A stretch of 10,850 bases of DNA. Origin: Octopus sinensis (Eukaryota). The stretch is from positions 1-10,850 of the forward strand of contig NW_021827273.1 in the NCBI RefSeq assembly GCF_006345805.1, written 5' to 3'. Shown here piece by piece: positions 8,794 to 10,850 of the stretch. How positions within the stretch are numbered: the first letter of the stretch is position 1; every line of letters starts with the position of its first letter. A program made the translations under genes and the position numbers. The notes under the pieces were generated by a model. The model was not told where the DNA came from. It did not search any database and saw only the letters and a list, made by a program, of their open reading frames with translations.

Positions 8794-8945
8794 AATGTAT
8801 GATTTTCTATGCCACAAAATACTGTTAAAATATTTTTTTACTAGAAATTTCTTGTTTATTCCAATAATCTTAGTTTTCATTTTTGAGTGTCAAAACACTA
8901 GCTTCTTCATTCAGCACTGAGACAACATAAAGTAATATCGCAATA

Positions 8946-9864
8946 ATGGCGAAAAGTAAAGAACTCACAAATTCAGAGAAAAACTTAATTATTGAACTGT
9001 AGAAAGTAGGTAAAAGTTACAGGAAAATATCAGAGACACTTTGTATTCCGCTTACTACCATATCTTCATTTATTCAAAGATATAAGGAGTCGGGAACTGT
9101 TGAAAACAGAATAGGATCCGGAGCACCACGCAAGATTTCCCCAAGATCTTTAAGAAAAATGAAGCGAAGAATCGGAAAAAAACGCAATAATCACCAGAAA
9201 GGAGTTTTCATAGGAATGAACTGAAGTCACGCTCTCCTAGAAAAACTCCTCTGTTGACTAAAAGGCATAGAGATGCCCGTTTAAAATTTGTTATGAACAT
9301 AAAGATAAATCTGATACATTCTGGGAAAATGTTCTATGGACAGACGAGACGAAAATTGAATTGTTTGGACGAAATTCGCTTACCCATGTTTGGAGTAAAA
9401 ACACAATTCCTACCGTAAAGATTGGAGGTGTGGGGGTGTTTCTCTGCAAATGGTACTGGCAATTTACATGTGATAGATGGTAGAATGAATGCAGAGATGT
9501 ACCAAAATATTTTGAACAATAATTTATGCGACTCTGTTGAAAAGCTCCAGCTTTGTGAAGGGTGGGTTTTACAACAGGGTAACGGCCCTAAGCACACGGT
9601 GAAGTCTACCAATATGGATTGTCAATCACAATATAAATTATTGTAATGGCCAAGCCTGTCACCTGACTTGAACCCCATTGAAAATTTGTGGCGTTATTTG
9701 AAAACTGAAATTCAAGAGCCCCAACATGCATTACAGATTTGAAGAAAATTTGTCAAGAAGAATAGGAAAAAATTCCTAAAGAAACATGCGAGTCATTGGT
9801 GAAGAACTACAAGAAGATATTGGTTGAAGTGGAACTGAATAATGGTTATGCTACGAAGTATTAA
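8946..9864 (+). pseudogene. Tc1-family DDE transposase pseudogene
   Basis: MAKSKELTNSEKNLIIEL*KVGKSYRKISETL..GSGAPRKIS (paired-like HTH; TAG at 9000-9002), RSPRKTPLL, FWENVLWTDETKIELFG (D1 at 9343), VWGCFSANGTGNL, WVLQQGNGPKHT (D2 changed to G at 9578), *WPSLSPDLNPIENLW (E at 9680), C-terminal NGYATKY*. Several deletions and frameshifts. Confidence 0.95.
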
Positions 9865-9885
9865 ATCAGAATTATCAGTTATTTA

Positions 9886-10086
9886 TATTCTGTACGAATA
9901 CTTTTTTCACCCCTAAATATTTATAATTGTATATAAATTCCTTAGTTACTATAATTTATTAGTTTCTTTTGCATATTCTTAGTTTATGCATATGTAAGTG
10001 AATATATAATGTATATCCCATTTATGTTCATTAGAAATTAAATAAATAAAGAATTTTGACATTACGAATATTTATTTCCCCCCGTG
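9886..10086 (-). repeat. Right terminal inverted repeat of the Tc1 element
   Basis: Reverse complement of 8594-8793. Confidence 0.95.
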
Positions 10087-10129
<43 letters not shown>

Positions 10130-10141
10130 ATATATACATAT

Positions 10142-10180
<39 letters not shown>

Positions 10181-10181
10181 T

Positions 10182-10213
<32 letters not shown>
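10087..10213. repeat. Compound (TA)n-(CA)n-(TA)n microsatellite
   Basis: Read directly from the sequence. Confidence 0.96.
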
Positions 10214-10214
<1 letters not shown>

Positions 10215-10396
10215 GGGAGAGTTTACGAAAAAAACAAAAGACGATGACAGGTGGTATTGAAGGAATAGAAAAAGTCTTTTACGTTTCGAGCCTTCGCTCT
10301 TCTACAGAAAGGGACACGGAAAAAAAACAAGGATAGAAACAAGGAGAGAAAAAAATGTGTGTAGCGGCTAACAATCTATCATGGCGACTGACTCGG
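10214..10396 (-). mobile_element. Short Penelope-like (pLTR-type) repeat fragment between microsatellites
   Basis: A ~180-bp island between (TA)n and (CA)n tracts carrying a minimal hammerhead-type fold. The Penelope assignment is inferred from that motif only; no RT or GIY-YIG ORF is present. Confidence 0.5.
10274..10315 (-). ncRNA. Minimal type I hammerhead ribozyme-like motif with variant core
   Basis: Minus strand GUCCCUUU-CUGUAGA-A-GAGC-GAAG-GCUC-GAA-ACGU-A-AAAGAC: stem I CUUU/AAAG (plus GU/AC across a 2-nt bulge), stem II GAGC/GCUC, palindromic ACGU stem III, GUA triplet. Core position 6 is U instead of the conserved A. Confidence 0.6.
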
Positions 10397-10430
<34 letters not shown>

Positions 10431-10550
10431 TATATATATAAGTGAATTATATTTCTGGAATATATGTTGTTCACTTTGCGTAAATCAGTTTTTGTGATGT
10501 ATCAATGTCATGACATATACTTATTAATATTTGTGTCCATTTATATATAT

Positions 10551-10622
10551 ATATGTGTGTATGTGTGTGTGTATCTGTGTCTGTGTCTGTGTGTCTGTGT
10601 CTGTGTCTGTGTGTCTGTGTCT
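10551..10622. repeat. (GT)n/(GTGTCT)n microsatellite
   Basis: Read directly from the sequence. Confidence 0.93.
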
Positions 10623-10744
10623 GCATTTATATACTCACAAATTCGCCCATATGTAATTGTTTAATTGTGGCGTCGCATAATATTCTCTACTGTAAATTAG
10701 AGTGTCTCTGTGTAACGAAATGTAACTTGCTATTTATTCCACAG

Positions 10745-10792
10745 CCATGGTGGAGGAAGACGCATGGATCAGGCACTGAAGGGACCAATCAG
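10745..10792 (+). CDS. Candidate 48-nt coding exon of the ankyrin-repeat gene
   Basis: Acceptor gtaacttgctatttattccacAG|10745; donor AG|GTAGTT at 10792/10793 (weaker). Open in phase 2 after exon 7694-7869, giving (H)HGGGRRMDQALKGPI. It is also open in phase 0, so the frame is not proven. Confidence 0.45.
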
Positions 10793-10850
10793 GTAGTTGA
10801 ACTATTTCTCACAGTCTTTCAGTCATTGAATAACACTGTACCTTGTAATG

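Larger units (their letters stand above)
8594..10086 (+). mobile_element. Tc1/mariner DNA transposon of IR-DR type, internally deleted and non-autonomous (1493 bp), with TA target-site duplication
   Basis: TIRs of ~200 bp (8594-8793 and 9886-10086), flanked by TA at 8592-8593 and 10087-10088. Each TIR has outer (GGGG..GAAATAAATATTCGT) and inner (GGGGTGAAAAAAGTATTCGT) direct repeats. A transposase remnant lies inside. Confidence 0.96.

Noticed and set aside
8946-9864. Active Tc1 transposase
   Set aside because: Early TAG, internal deletions, frameshifts, a second stop before WPS, and loss of the second catalytic Asp.
8212-10664. ORFs 8212-8409, 8223-8435, 10056-10247 and 10464-10664
   Set aside because: Translations of (TA)n/(CA)n/(GT)n microsatellites (YIYI, HTHT, VCVC repeats).

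Overview
Eukaryotic, AT- and microsatellite-rich genomic DNA. The repeat style ((CAT)n-tailed RTE LINEs, long (TA)n/(CA)n/(TATC)n tracts) suggests an invertebrate, probably an octopus-like coleoid cephalopod; this is inference only. The window is mostly intronic sequence of a + strand ankyrin-repeat gene, with two well-supported coding exons (4040-4245, 7694-7869) and a candidate 48-nt exon (10745-10792). The rest is largely transposon debris: a ~580-bp tandem duplication, two antisense 5'-truncated RTE LINEs, a ~437-bp foldback, three non-autonomous Helitron-type elements (two fused head-to-tail), a decayed IR-DR Tc1 transposon inside a (TA)n tract, and a Penelope-like fragment. The most notable observations are a complete C4HC3 PHD-finger motif inside the RT domain of the larger RTE, and a minimal dimer-type hammerhead ribozyme fold with a variant core at 10274-10315 (- strand). 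No prokaryotic features or CRISPR array are supported. All alignments and translations were done by eye.
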